Positions 53,835 to 64,000 of a DNA stretch of 64,000 nucleotides are shown in pieces (within the stretch, counting starts at the first letter, position 1; every line of letters begins with the position of its first letter). Source of the DNA: Piromyces finnis finn (Eukaryota; Fungi; Neocallimastigomycota); contig MCFH01000075.1 in the NCBI GenBank assembly GCA_002104945.1, forward strand, positions 62,001 through 126,000, in the 5' to 3' direction. Below the pieces are notes generated by a model that worked only from the letters and a program-made list of their open reading frames with translations, searched no databases and was not told where the DNA came from. Made by a program: the position numbers and the translations under genes.

Positions 53835-55274
53835 TTACCACCAGTCACCGTGAACCTTCATGGCATTGGCAACCTTAATGAAACCAGTAATGTTGGCACC
53901 TTGGACAAGAGATGGAAGAGCTGAAACTGTGGCATCAGCCTTCTTGGCAGAAGCCTTAACTTCTCCAAGAACTTCACGAGTGTAAGTGGCTGAATTGTCA
54001 ACAGATTCGTTGAAGATGTTGGTCATGATGTTGTTTAATTCTTCATCAACACGAGCTGGAGTCCAGGTCATACGTTGAGAGTTTTGGGCCATTTCAAGAG
54101 CAGAAACTGCAACACCACCAGCATTGGAGGCCTTACCTGGTGCATACCAGAATTGTCCAGTTGGCTTACCAGACTTAACAGATTCGTTGTAGGCAACACG
54201 AAGAGCTTCCATCTTTTGGACTGCGGCATCAGTAGATCCCATGTTGGAACCTTCAGCAACAAGGAAACATCCTGCCTTAACTAAAGCTTCAACATCATCA
54301 GCATCGTTTTCATTTTGTGTAGCACATGGAAGAGCAATGTCAACCTTTGGAAGGTTCTTCCATGGTCTTTGTCCTGGTAACCAAGTGAAACGATCATCCT
54401 TGATTTCTTCAAGTGATCCCTTTCTGACCTTAAGTTCGGCAATGAAATCAATATCAGCATGAGTGAATGGCTTGGAGGCATCCTTAACAATAAGTGCTCC
54501 ACGAGAATCTGATAATGACATAACAATAGCTCCAAGATCAATTAACTTCTTGGCTGCAAATTGAGCAACATTACCGGAACCTGAAACAGCACAGTACTTA
54601 CCCTTGATGTCCTTACCCATGTAAGTAAGCATGTTTAAGACAAAGTAAATTAAACCGTAACCAGTAGCTTCTGGACGGATGTAAGAACCGTTAAGACCGT
54701 AACGAGTATCCTTACCAGTGAGGACACCAAAGTCACGCTTTTGTTGAAGACGCTTGTAGGCACCATATAAGAAGCCAACTTCACGACCACCAACACCAAT
54801 ATCACCAGCTGGAACATCAATATCAGCTCCAATGTGACGGTGGAGTTCAGTCATGAAAGCTTGACAGAATCTTCTGATTTCATTATCAGACTTGTCGTGT
54901 GGATCGAAGTTGGATCCTCCCTTACCACCACCAATTGGAAGACCGGTTAAGGCGTTCTTGAAGATTTGTTCAAAACCTAAGAACTTAAGAATGGAAAGGT
55001 TAACAGATGGATGGAATCTTAAACCACCCTTGTATGGACCAATAGCTGAGTTGAATTGGACACGGTAACCCTTGTTGATTCTGGTGTTACCTTCATCATC
55101 TTCCCAAGTGACACGGAATTGAATAATTCTTTCTGGTTCAACAATAACTGGAAGACATCTCTTAAGATCTGGGTGCTTTTCGAAAACAGTGGATTCGGTT
55201 AAAGACTTGACGATTTCGTCACGAGCTTGTTCGAATTCTGGTTCGATTCCGTGAGTGAATTCAATATCAGACAT
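53835..55274 (-). CDS. gdhA: NADP-specific glutamate dehydrogenase, copy 4
   Basis: Translation identical to copy 1. Confidence 0.97.
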   Translation of the reverse strand: MSDIEFTHGIEPEFEQARDEIVKSLTESTVFEKHPDLKRCLPVIVEPERIIQFRVTWEDDEGNTRINKGYRVQFNSAIGPYKGGLRFHPSVNLSILKFLGFEQIFKNALTGLPIGGGKGGSNFDPHDKSDNEIRRFCQAFMTELHRHIGADIDVPAGDIGVGGREVGFLYGAYKRLQQKRDFGVLTGKDTRYGLNGSYIRPEATGYGLIYFVLNMLTYMGKDIKGKYCAVSGSGNVAQFAAKKLIDLGAIVMSLSDSRGALIVKDASKPFTHADIDFIAELKVRKGSLEEIKDDRFTWLPGQRPWKNLPKVDIALPCATQNENDADDVEALVKAGCFLVAEGSNMGSTDAAVQKMEALRVAYNESVKSGKPTGQFWYAPGKASNAGGVAVSALEMAQNSQRMTWTPARVDEELNNIMTNIFNESVDNSATYTREVLGEVKASAKKADATVSALPSLVQGANITGFIKVANAMKVHGDWW

Positions 55275-56066
55275 GTTTATTCAATTAAAATAGAATATAA
55301 AAGATAATATTAAATTTTCTTTAAAAAAGATAGATTTTAATAAAATAATCTATTTCTTTTTTTCTTTTGGCTAAAAAAATCTAAATGATAATTAATTTAA
55401 TAATTAATGATGGAATTTTAAAATTTTGGTAAAATCTCTGCTTATTTATACTCGAATGAAATTTTTTAAAAAATCTGCCTTTTTATTAATTTTTAATTTA
55501 CGCTTTTTTTTTAAAAAAAATTAAAAATGAATGGATGAATGATTCATAATTTATTTTACAACATATAAAATTTATATTACTTTATATTTAATACTTATAT
55601 TATTTTACATTTGAATTTAATTGATTTTATTTGAAATTTAAATTGAAAATTTTTAAAATTAAAAAATCTTTTCGATCTTTTTCTTTCTGATAGGAAAAAT
55701 TAATTATAAATTAGAAAATTCATAAAAATTTTAAAAATTGCATAATTTTTAATTTTTTTAAATTAATTTTAAAAAAGCGCGTACCAATTTTCTTTTTTTC
55801 TTAAAAAGCATTTTAAAATATTTAAAATTATTTAAATCTATAGATATAAAATTTAAAAAAAGAAAGGTTGGAGGATAAAAATCTTAAAGCCTATATTTTA
55901 TATAAATCAAAAAAAGGAATTAATAAAAGCTATAATAATTGCTACAAACACGATCATTGCTGTTATTTTTTATTATAATTATTATTTATTATTCATAATT
56001 ATGGATTTAACATCTGAAAAGATCAATAGGCCATGATCTTTTGAAAATATCAAATTATTAGATTTT

Positions 56067-56137
56067 GATAACGAAAAATAATTTTGATAAGAATAAAAAT
56101 CCGATAACGAAATGTAATTTGGAGATAAGAATGATAA
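56067..56137. promoter_or_regulatory. Cluster of five GATAA motifs ~800-860 bp upstream of GDH4
   Basis: GATAA at 56067, 56086, 56103, 56124 and 56133. Confidence 0.55.
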
Positions 56138-56753
56138 AAATTGATTAATAGAAATATGTAAAAACAGCATTGATATATGTTGATATTTCATTAATTTAAA
56201 AACTAAATAAACTAACCCTTATTGTTATTAGATTATATTTTATATTCTAACCTTTTTTAAATGTATAAATTATAAAACTAATTATATTTCATATACCTTC
56301 TTTGAGTGAATTAAATGCTACTATATTTTTATTTTAAGCATAATAAATAAAATAATTATATGATAATTAAATTATTATAATATATAAATTAACTGTAGTT
56401 CAAGCATTGCATTGTAACTTTCAATACACATTATTATAATTTTTAAATTAATATATTTTTATATTTTTTTTTATATATTTAATTTTATTATAATTTTTTT
56501 TTTTTTTTTTTTTTAGGTTTAAGTTTAAATAACTATTTTTAATTTCATTTTATAAATAATATAATTATTACATAAAGCAAAAGAAAAAAATAAAAGAACA
56601 TTACCATTATTTTTTCTTAAAATTTTAAGTATACAATTATTTTTTTTCTTATTTAAAATAAGCTATTTTTAGTAAATGATACTAATATTAAACATCATTT
56701 TCAAGTTTCTTTAAAATTTATAATTGTTATACTAGTCTATAGTTTTTTAAAAG

Positions 56754-56786
<33 letters not shown>

Positions 56787-56801
56787 TATTAGGGAAATTT
56801 A

Positions 56802-58244
56802 TTAGTTTGCTTTAGATTGAGAAGCTAACCAACTCCACATGTTACCATCCTTGGAACAATTAGCATTAGTAACATAATTGTCTTCGGATGTTAAAACACC
56901 TCCTTCAATAGTGATGTTTTCAAAGTCTTCAAGAACCTTTGAATTATCAAATTCATTCTTAACATCATCATTGAAAGCATAAACCCAAGCGTAGTGACCA
57001 AAGTAAACAGCAGATGGATCATCAGAACCAACTGCATTTTCCTTTAAAGTAAAGTGAACATTTTCAGCACCAGCATTAATTAATCTGTAGAATGATGGAA
57101 TAGTGGTAGTTAATGGATCAACTGTACCATCATTTTCAGCTTGTAAGAACCAAATATTATAATCTTTAACTTGTTCAATCATTTCATCAGAAATGTTTTT
57201 ATTTAAGTAAGCTTCACAAATTGGATAGAAAGCAGCAAAGTAATCACCATATTCAAACATTAAATCCATAGTCATGTATCCACCATTAGAACAACCACCA
57301 ACGTAAATTCTGCTGGTATCAATATCATCATTATTATCAACATAATCCTTAATAGCAGCAAATAATTCTACTTCATAATATGATCTTTGTCTTTCACCTT
57401 CTTTGTAATCAATTTCACTGTTGTATGATCCGTCCCCAGCATCCATCCATAAGGTTGGAGTTTGAAGAGCAAGAACATAAGCACCCTTTTGTTTTTCATT
57501 AATGAAGTACTTTTGAATGCCATCTTTTCTGGAAAGAGCGGTAACTTCACTACCAAGTAAAGCAATATCAATATTATTACCACCTTCACCAGCACCATGT
57601 AACCAAATAAGTAATGGATTCTTAACACCATCAGTTAGAGCATCTTCTGGGGCATAAGCAGCACGTTGTAATGTTTTTCCATTTAAGGTGAATGTGTCCT
57701 TTTCCCATTCATCAGTTTCTGGAATAATGTAGTTTTCCATTAAATTCTTTTTATAAGTAGTCCAATCATTTTCCTTACCAAATTCAATATTACCGATCTT
57801 GAATGTTTCATTTTCAGCTAAATCTAATTCTAATTCAAAGGTGGTAGCCCATGTATTTCTGGCTGTTGTAGGATTATAAGCAAATGGACTTGCATCACCA
57901 AAACTAACACCTAAAAATGGAATAAGAACGGTATTTACCTTTAAATCAAAGGTAACATGCTTGGATGGATTTTCTTTTTGTTTGCCATTTTTATTGGATG
58001 AATAGGCATTAATAATTTCACGTTCAACGTCGCCTGTTTTAATTTTAAAAGTATTTTTAGTAAATCCAGAAACTTTATCATTAAATTCTACAATTACTCT
58101 TGGAACAGCTGGACCCCATTCATAACCTTGAACGACCATTAATGCATCAACTGCATTTTTTACTTCTGACTTTTTACTCCATACAGATGGAGTAAATAAT
58201 GTTAATGTATATAATAATGTTGGTATAAATAATTTTTTATTCAT
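56802..58244 (-). CDS. Secreted alpha/beta-hydrolase (esterase or predicted peptidase, COG4099/EstA-like, probable N-terminal Ig-like domain), paralogue 1
   Basis: Signal peptide; GYEWGPAVPRVIVEF; LLIWLHGAGEGG; nucleophile elbow GCSNGG; ENDGTVDP (Asp); GHYAW (His); intronless. Confidence 0.85.
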   Translation of the reverse strand: MNKKLFIPTLLYTLTLFTPSVWSKKSEVKNAVDALMVVQGYEWGPAVPRVIVEFNDKVSGFTKNTFKIKTGDVEREIINAYSSNKNGKQKENPSKHVTFDLKVNTVLIPFLGVSFGDASPFAYNPTTARNTWATTFELELDLAENETFKIGNIEFGKENDWTTYKKNLMENYIIPETDEWEKDTFTLNGKTLQRAAYAPEDALTDGVKNPLLIWLHGAGEGGNNIDIALLGSEVTALSRKDGIQKYFINEKQKGAYVLALQTPTLWMDAGDGSYNSEIDYKEGERQRSYYEVELFAAIKDYVDNNDDIDTSRIYVGGCSNGGYMTMDLMFEYGDYFAAFYPICEAYLNKNISDEMIEQVKDYNIWFLQAENDGTVDPLTTTIPSFYRLINAGAENVHFTLKENAVGSDDPSAVYFGHYAWVYAFNDDVKNEFDNSKVLEDFENITIEGGVLTSEDNYVTNANCSKDGNMWSWLASQSKAN

Positions 58245-58853
58245 TTTTACTTCTATTTCTTTATATATTAATAAAGATAATGATGAAAATTTAAAAAAAA
58301 CTCTTTATTTATATACCATTATATATTATATATTATATATTAATAAAATTTTTAGTTTAATATTATAAACTTAATGTGTACTACAAATACCATCCATTAA
58401 TACTAAAAAAAAACTTTTGATCTATAATAATTTTATGATGAAATTTTTTAAAAATACCAACAAATAATATTTCTAAATCTATTTGGTAATAGAAAGTTTA
58501 TTTAAAAAAAAATTATATTTTTAATCAATTTAAAGTTTTTTATCCAATAATTTAAAGTTTGCTTTTTTAAAGTTTGCATTTTTAGTTATTCACACTCAAA
58601 TATTAAATCTTTGAAATATATAATTTATAATTTATTAATATAAATCCGTTGTTGTAAATGTCAATTTCTTGTAACCATATTTTATATATTATCCAAAACC
58701 TATGTTTTTTTATATGTAAAAAATAATCAAACAAACAAATAAGCAAACTCATTTTAATATATTACATAATTTTTAATTCTCAATTCTTTTCTTTAATTAT
58801 AAAATTAGTTTTTAAAAATAAATATTAGAATTTATAATTTTATCATTTATCAT

Positions 58854-58927
58854 ATTTGAATTATGAATGTTTATCTAAAATTAATAGATTATTTGAATTA
58901 TGAATGTTTATCTAAAATTAATAGATT
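58854..58927. repeat. Perfect 37-bp tandem duplication in the spacer between the divergent esterase genes
   Basis: atttgaattatgaatgtttatctaaaattaatagatt x2. Confidence 0.9.
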
Positions 58928-59595
58928 CCTAATAAAACAAGAATATTTAATACTCATTTATAATATATTACATTAATAATTTTCTACATATTATTAATAA
59001 AATCAATATTATTCATTTATTATAGTATTTAATAGTATCAAAAATAATTTTCTACATGTTATTAACAAAATCAATGTTGTTATATTATTCCCTTATTATA
59101 GTATTTAATGGTATCAACAATATATAAAATATTAATACTATTTTTTAATTAGTACATAAAATTATTTATTCTATTTTCTTTTTTTAAGACTTTTTTTTTT
59201 GGATAATAATAAAAAAAGTATTAATAAAGTTTTTTATAATATAATAAAAGAATGTTGTCTTTCTGTTTTTTTTTTACTTATTAAATATAATTTAAAAAGA
59301 ATTAATATTAGAGATATTAATTAGTAAAGACTTTAATTTTAGTAAAAAAATATATAATAATTAAAGTTATTTTTTTTTTTCTTTTAATTATTATTACTAA
59401 ATTCAAAAATTATTTAGCAAATAATAATTAAAATTACTTTAACACGATTATTAATTTAATTATAATTATTAAAAGAAATTAAAAAAAAAAAAAAAACTTT
59501 AATCTTTTTTTTTTTTTATATAAATAGTAAAAAATTTTTATCCTTTTTTTATTAGTTAATTATCTTTATAAATACATAAAGAAATAAAAATAAGA

Positions 59596-61056
59596 ATGAA
59601 TAAAAAATTATTTTTACCAGTATTATTGTACACATTAACATTATTTACCCTTTCTACTTGGGGTAAAAAAGATGATTTAAAAAAGAAATCAGAAGTAAAA
59701 AATGCAGTTGATGCATTAATGGTTGTTCAAGGTTATGAATGGGGTCCAGCTGTTCCAAGAGTAATTGTAGAATTTAATGATAAGGTTAGTGGATTCACAA
59801 AGAATACTTTTAAAATCAAAACAGGTGGCGTTGAACGTGAAATTATTAATGCCTATTCATCCAATAAAAAGGGTAAACAAAAGGAAAATCCATCGAAACA
59901 TGTTACCTTTGATTTAAAGGTTAGTACTGTTCATATTGACTTTTTAGGTGTTAATTTTGGTGATGCAAGTCCACTTGCCTATAATAACGACTCAATGAAA
60001 AATGAATGGGCTACCACCTTTGAATTAGAATTAGATTTAGCTGAAAATGAAACATTCAAGATCGGTAATATTGAATTTGGTAAGAAAAATGATTGGACTA
60101 CTTATAAAAAGAATTTAATGGAAAACTACATTATTCCAGAAACTGATGAATGGGAAAAGGACACATTCACCTTAAATGGAAAAACATTACAACGTGCTGC
60201 TTATGCCCCAGAAGATGCTCTAACTGATGGTGTTAAGAATCCATTACTTATTTGGTTACATGGTATTGGTGAAGGTGGTAATGATATTGATATTGCTTTA
60301 TTAGGTAATGAAGTTACCGCTCTTTCCAGAAAAGATGGTATTCAAAAGTACTTCATTAATGAAAAACAAAAGGGTGCTTATGTTCTTGCTCTTCAAACTC
60401 CAACCATGTGGATGGATGCTGGTGATGGTTCCTTCAACAGTGAAATTGATTACAAAGAAGGTGAAAGACAAAGATCACTCTATGAAGTAGAATTATTTGC
60501 TGCTATTAAGGATTATGTTGATAATAATGATGATATTGATACCAGCAGAATTTACGTTGGTGGTTGTTCTAATGGTGGATACATGACTATGGATTTAATG
60601 TTTGAATATGGTGATTACTTTGCTGCTTTCTATCCAATTTGTGAAGCTTACATGAACAAAAACATTTCTGATGAAATGATTGAACAAGTTAAGGATTATA
60701 ATATTTGGTTCTTACAAGCTGAAAATGATGGTACAGTTGATCCATTAACTACCACTATTCCATCATTCTACAGATTAATTAATGCTGGTGCTGAAAATGT
60801 TCACTTTACTTTAAAGGAAAATGCAGTTGGTTCTGATGATCCATCTGCTGTTTACTTTGGTCACTACGCTTGGGTTTATGCTTTCAATGATGATGTTAAG
60901 AATGAATTTGATAATTCAAAGGTTCTTGAAGACTTTGAAAACATCACTATTGAAGGAGGTGTTTTAACATCCGAAGACAATTATGTTACTAATGCTAATT
61001 GTTCCAAGGATGGTAACATGTGGAGTTGGTTAGCTTCTCAATCTAAAGCAAACTAA
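59596..61056 (+). CDS. Secreted alpha/beta-hydrolase, paralogue 2 (inverted partner of paralogue 1)
   Basis: Same motifs; C-terminal ~40% near-identical to paralogue 1, as is ~170 bp of 3' flank. Confidence 0.85.
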   Translation: MNKKLFLPVLLYTLTLFTLSTWGKKDDLKKKSEVKNAVDALMVVQGYEWGPAVPRVIVEFNDKVSGFTKNTFKIKTGGVEREIINAYSSNKKGKQKENPSKHVTFDLKVSTVHIDFLGVNFGDASPLAYNNDSMKNEWATTFELELDLAENETFKIGNIEFGKKNDWTTYKKNLMENYIIPETDEWEKDTFTLNGKTLQRAAYAPEDALTDGVKNPLLIWLHGIGEGGNDIDIALLGNEVTALSRKDGIQKYFINEKQKGAYVLALQTPTMWMDAGDGSFNSEIDYKEGERQRSLYEVELFAAIKDYVDNNDDIDTSRIYVGGCSNGGYMTMDLMFEYGDYFAAFYPICEAYMNKNISDEMIEQVKDYNIWFLQAENDGTVDPLTTTIPSFYRLINAGAENVHFTLKENAVGSDDPSAVYFGHYAWVYAFNDDVKNEFDNSKVLEDFENITIEGGVLTSEDNYVTNANCSKDGNMWSWLASQSKAN

Positions 61057-61074
61057 TAAATTTCCCTAATAATC

Positions 61075-61105
<31 letters not shown>

Positions 61106-62121
61106 CTTTTAAAAAACTATAGACTAATATAACAATTATAAATTTTAAAGAAACTTGAAAATGATGTTTAATATTAGTATCATTTACTAAAAATAGCTTA
61201 TTTTAAATAAGAAAAAAATAATTGTATACTTTAAAAATTAAAAGGAAAATAATGAAAGTTATGTTCTTTAATTATTGACTTATTCCTCTTAATTTTATGA
61301 AAAATAATTATTTTAATTATGAAAAATAATAATTGTAAAAAAAATAATGATAATAAAAAATATAATTTAAAAAAAGTTTTTAATATTATTCTATATAATT
61401 GTTGAGTACATCTTTTTTTTATATATTTTTTAATACTATTGATTTTGAATTTTGTAGAAATAAAAAATGTATGATGGCACCATTTAATTATATGAATAAA
61501 TATTAAAAGTTAAGTAATTTATATATATAAATTTTATTTATTTATATATTTATAATTAACAATAAACGTTCTTTTCACAGATTCAATATTAATAATTTAA
61601 TGAATAAAAATAAAATCATTTTTTTTTACATTGTTGAAATAACTCATATTACTAATACATTATTAGGTGAAAATAATATTTTTTATAAAATCTTTTTTTT
61701 TGTAATTAAATAAAGTTGATATATGACTTTCTATAATTTAAAATTCTAATATAAAAAAACTTGATAATGGTATAAATAATGATATAAATAAAAAATAGTT
61801 AAATAGGTACACAATAACATTAAAATATTTATATAATTAAATTAGTTTTTATTTTATGTAAATAAATTTTAATTTTGATTAATTATGCGCTTTTTAAATA
61901 AATAATATGAAAATAAATATAAAAAATAACTTAAATTCTATTTTAATTCGAAAAAAAAATTTTTTTAAACTAATTATTATATAGTAAAATTTAATTACGA
62001 TAGCGTTTGTTTTAATAATTATTAATTTCTAAAACTATTTTTTTCAATTTCGATTTAATAAATTAAAATAAAGAATTACTATAAATGACTTATAATAATT
62101 TAAAATTCATTATAATTTGAA

Positions 62122-63573
62122 TTAATTGGTTTTAGTTTGAGCAGATAACCAAGCCCACATGTTACCATCAACGGAACAATTGGCATTGGTAACATAATTA
62201 TTGGTGGAAGTAAGTTCACCACCTTCAATAGTAATGTTAGTAAAGTCAGCAAGAGTCTTGGAATTATCGAATTCCTTCTTAACATCATCATTGAAAGCAT
62301 AAACCCAAGCGTAGTGACCAAAGTAAACGGATGATGGATCATCAGAACCAACAACACGATCTTTTAAGGTAAAGTGAACATTCTTAGCACCAGCATTAAT
62401 TAATCTGTAGTAAGATGGGATGGTTGTCATTAATGGGTTAACGGTAGTATCATCTTCAGATTGTAAGAACCAAATATTGTAATCCTTAACTTGTTCAATC
62501 ATTTCATCAGAAATGTTTTTGTTCATGTAGGCTTCACAGATTGGATAGAAAGCAGTGAAATAGTCACCATGTTCAAACATTAAATTCATAGTCATGTATC
62601 CACCATTGGAGCAACCACCAAGGTAAATTCTACTAGTATCAATATCAGGGTTACTGGCAACATAATCTTGAATAGCTTCGAATAAAGCAGCATCATACTT
62701 TGATCTTTGTCTTTCACCAGCTGGAGTATTATCATTGTATGTACCATCACCCTTGTCCATCCACATAGTTGGATTTTGAACAGCAAGAACGTAAGCACCT
62801 CTTTGGGAACCAGTAGTAAAGTATTTTTGAATTTCATATCTTGAAAGGGCAGTAACTTCATTACCTAATAAAGCAATATCAATATCATGACCACCTTCAC
62901 CAGCACCATGTAACCAAATAAGTAATGGATTCTTAACACCATCAGTTTCAGCACCTACTGGAGTAAAAGCAGCACGTTGTAAAGTGAAATCAGCATTAGT
63001 TGGTTGGAAAGTATCTTTTTTCCAGGTAGCAGTTTCTGGAATAACATAATTTTCCATTAAATTCTTCTTGTAAGTGGTCCAAACGTTTTCGTTACCATAT
63101 TCAGTTCCACCAACCTTGAAAGTCTTATTGTCAGCTAAATCTAATTCTAATTCATAAGAAGTAGCCCAATCATTTAAACCGGTGGCATTATCATAGACGA
63201 ATGGACTAGCATCACCAAAGGAAGCATTTATGAAATCAATGTAAACAGTACCAACCTTTAATAAGAAAGTTAAATATTTAGTGGCAGCATCAGTAATTTT
63301 AACACCATTGGCATCTGATGAGTAAACATCAATAATTTCACGTTCAGCACCTTCAGTTTTAATTATGAAAGTTTCTTTGTCAAAACCAAAAACAACATCT
63401 TCAAATTCAACAACAATCTTTGGGACGGCTGGACCCCATTCATAACCTTGAACAAACATTTGAGCATTAACAGCAGTTTCTACAGTGGTATAATCAATAG
63501 CACCACCTAAAACTGAAGTAAAGAGGAAGGTTAAAGCATATAAAAATGCTTGAATAAATATTGTTTGATTCAT
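62122..63573 (-). CDS. Secreted alpha/beta-hydrolase, paralogue 3 (more divergent; likely start MNQTIFIQAF at 63573)
   Basis: Signal peptide; GYEWGPAVPKIVVEF, WLHGAGEGG, GCSNGG, EDDTTVNP, GHYAW. Confidence 0.85.
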   Translation of the reverse strand: MNQTIFIQAFLYALTFLFTSVLGGAIDYTTVETAVNAQMFVQGYEWGPAVPKIVVEFEDVVFGFDKETFIIKTEGAEREIIDVYSSDANGVKITDAATKYLTFLLKVGTVYIDFINASFGDASPFVYDNATGLNDWATSYELELDLADNKTFKVGGTEYGNENVWTTYKKNLMENYVIPETATWKKDTFQPTNADFTLQRAAFTPVGAETDGVKNPLLIWLHGAGEGGHDIDIALLGNEVTALSRYEIQKYFTTGSQRGAYVLAVQNPTMWMDKGDGTYNDNTPAGERQRSKYDAALFEAIQDYVASNPDIDTSRIYLGGCSNGGYMTMNLMFEHGDYFTAFYPICEAYMNKNISDEMIEQVKDYNIWFLQSEDDTTVNPLMTTIPSYYRLINAGAKNVHFTLKDRVVGSDDPSSVYFGHYAWVYAFNDDVKKEFDNSKTLADFTNITIEGGELTSTNNYVTNANCSVDGNMWAWLSAQTKTN

Positions 63574-64000
63574 ATTTTGATTATTTAATTTTTTTTTAAA
63601 ATATTGCGAATATAATGAAAAAATATTTTGTACCAATACTTTATTTATATAAGAAAATGTATATATATAATAAATAAGCCCTTTTTTTTTTTTTTTTCTA
63701 AATCAAAACTACCGTTATATTAATTATTGAATAGAATATTACGTTACACATTTTTTTAATATATATATATGTAAAATATAAATGAATATAAACAAGTTCT
63801 TGATATTATATATATTTTAATTCTCCTATAATACATTTTAATTTATAAAATTATTTTTTCTTTTTTACTTTTGATATATTGATTTTGATATAAATAATCC
63901 TTTAATTTATTAGATTTAATTTTTAAATGTACAAAATTTTTCTTTGGTTACACAAAAGTATAACCAACTTTTAGTTGTTACCGTAAACAATATTAAATAA

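Overview
Extremely AT-rich eukaryotic DNA with GT-AG introns. Composition and gene content suggest an anaerobic gut fungus (Neocallimastigomycota); this is inference. The left ~24 kb is conventional: a multi-exon solute-binding-domain/7TM (class C-like) GPCR gene, WDR70 and an ER protein disulfide isomerase. The right ~40 kb is a dynamic amplicon region. It holds four intronless NADP-glutamate dehydrogenase genes with identical translations in inverted and direct arrangements, with clustered GATAA sites upstream. It also holds three secreted bacterial-type alpha/beta-hydrolase paralogues, two of them in a partly homogenised inverted pair. Interspersed is a nested stack of single-ORF non-LTR retrotransposons (APE-RT-CCHC) from two divergent families, here called A and B. 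The most striking feature is that the full-length A and B elements, otherwise unalignable in their UTRs, begin at the same nucleotide of a near-identical ~170-nt 5' module. This module folds into conserved hairpins with compensatory base changes and a possible pseudoknot. It is a candidate novel ribozyme, structured RNA or internal promoter that I cannot match to known ribozyme consensus motifs. All alignments and folds were done by eye.
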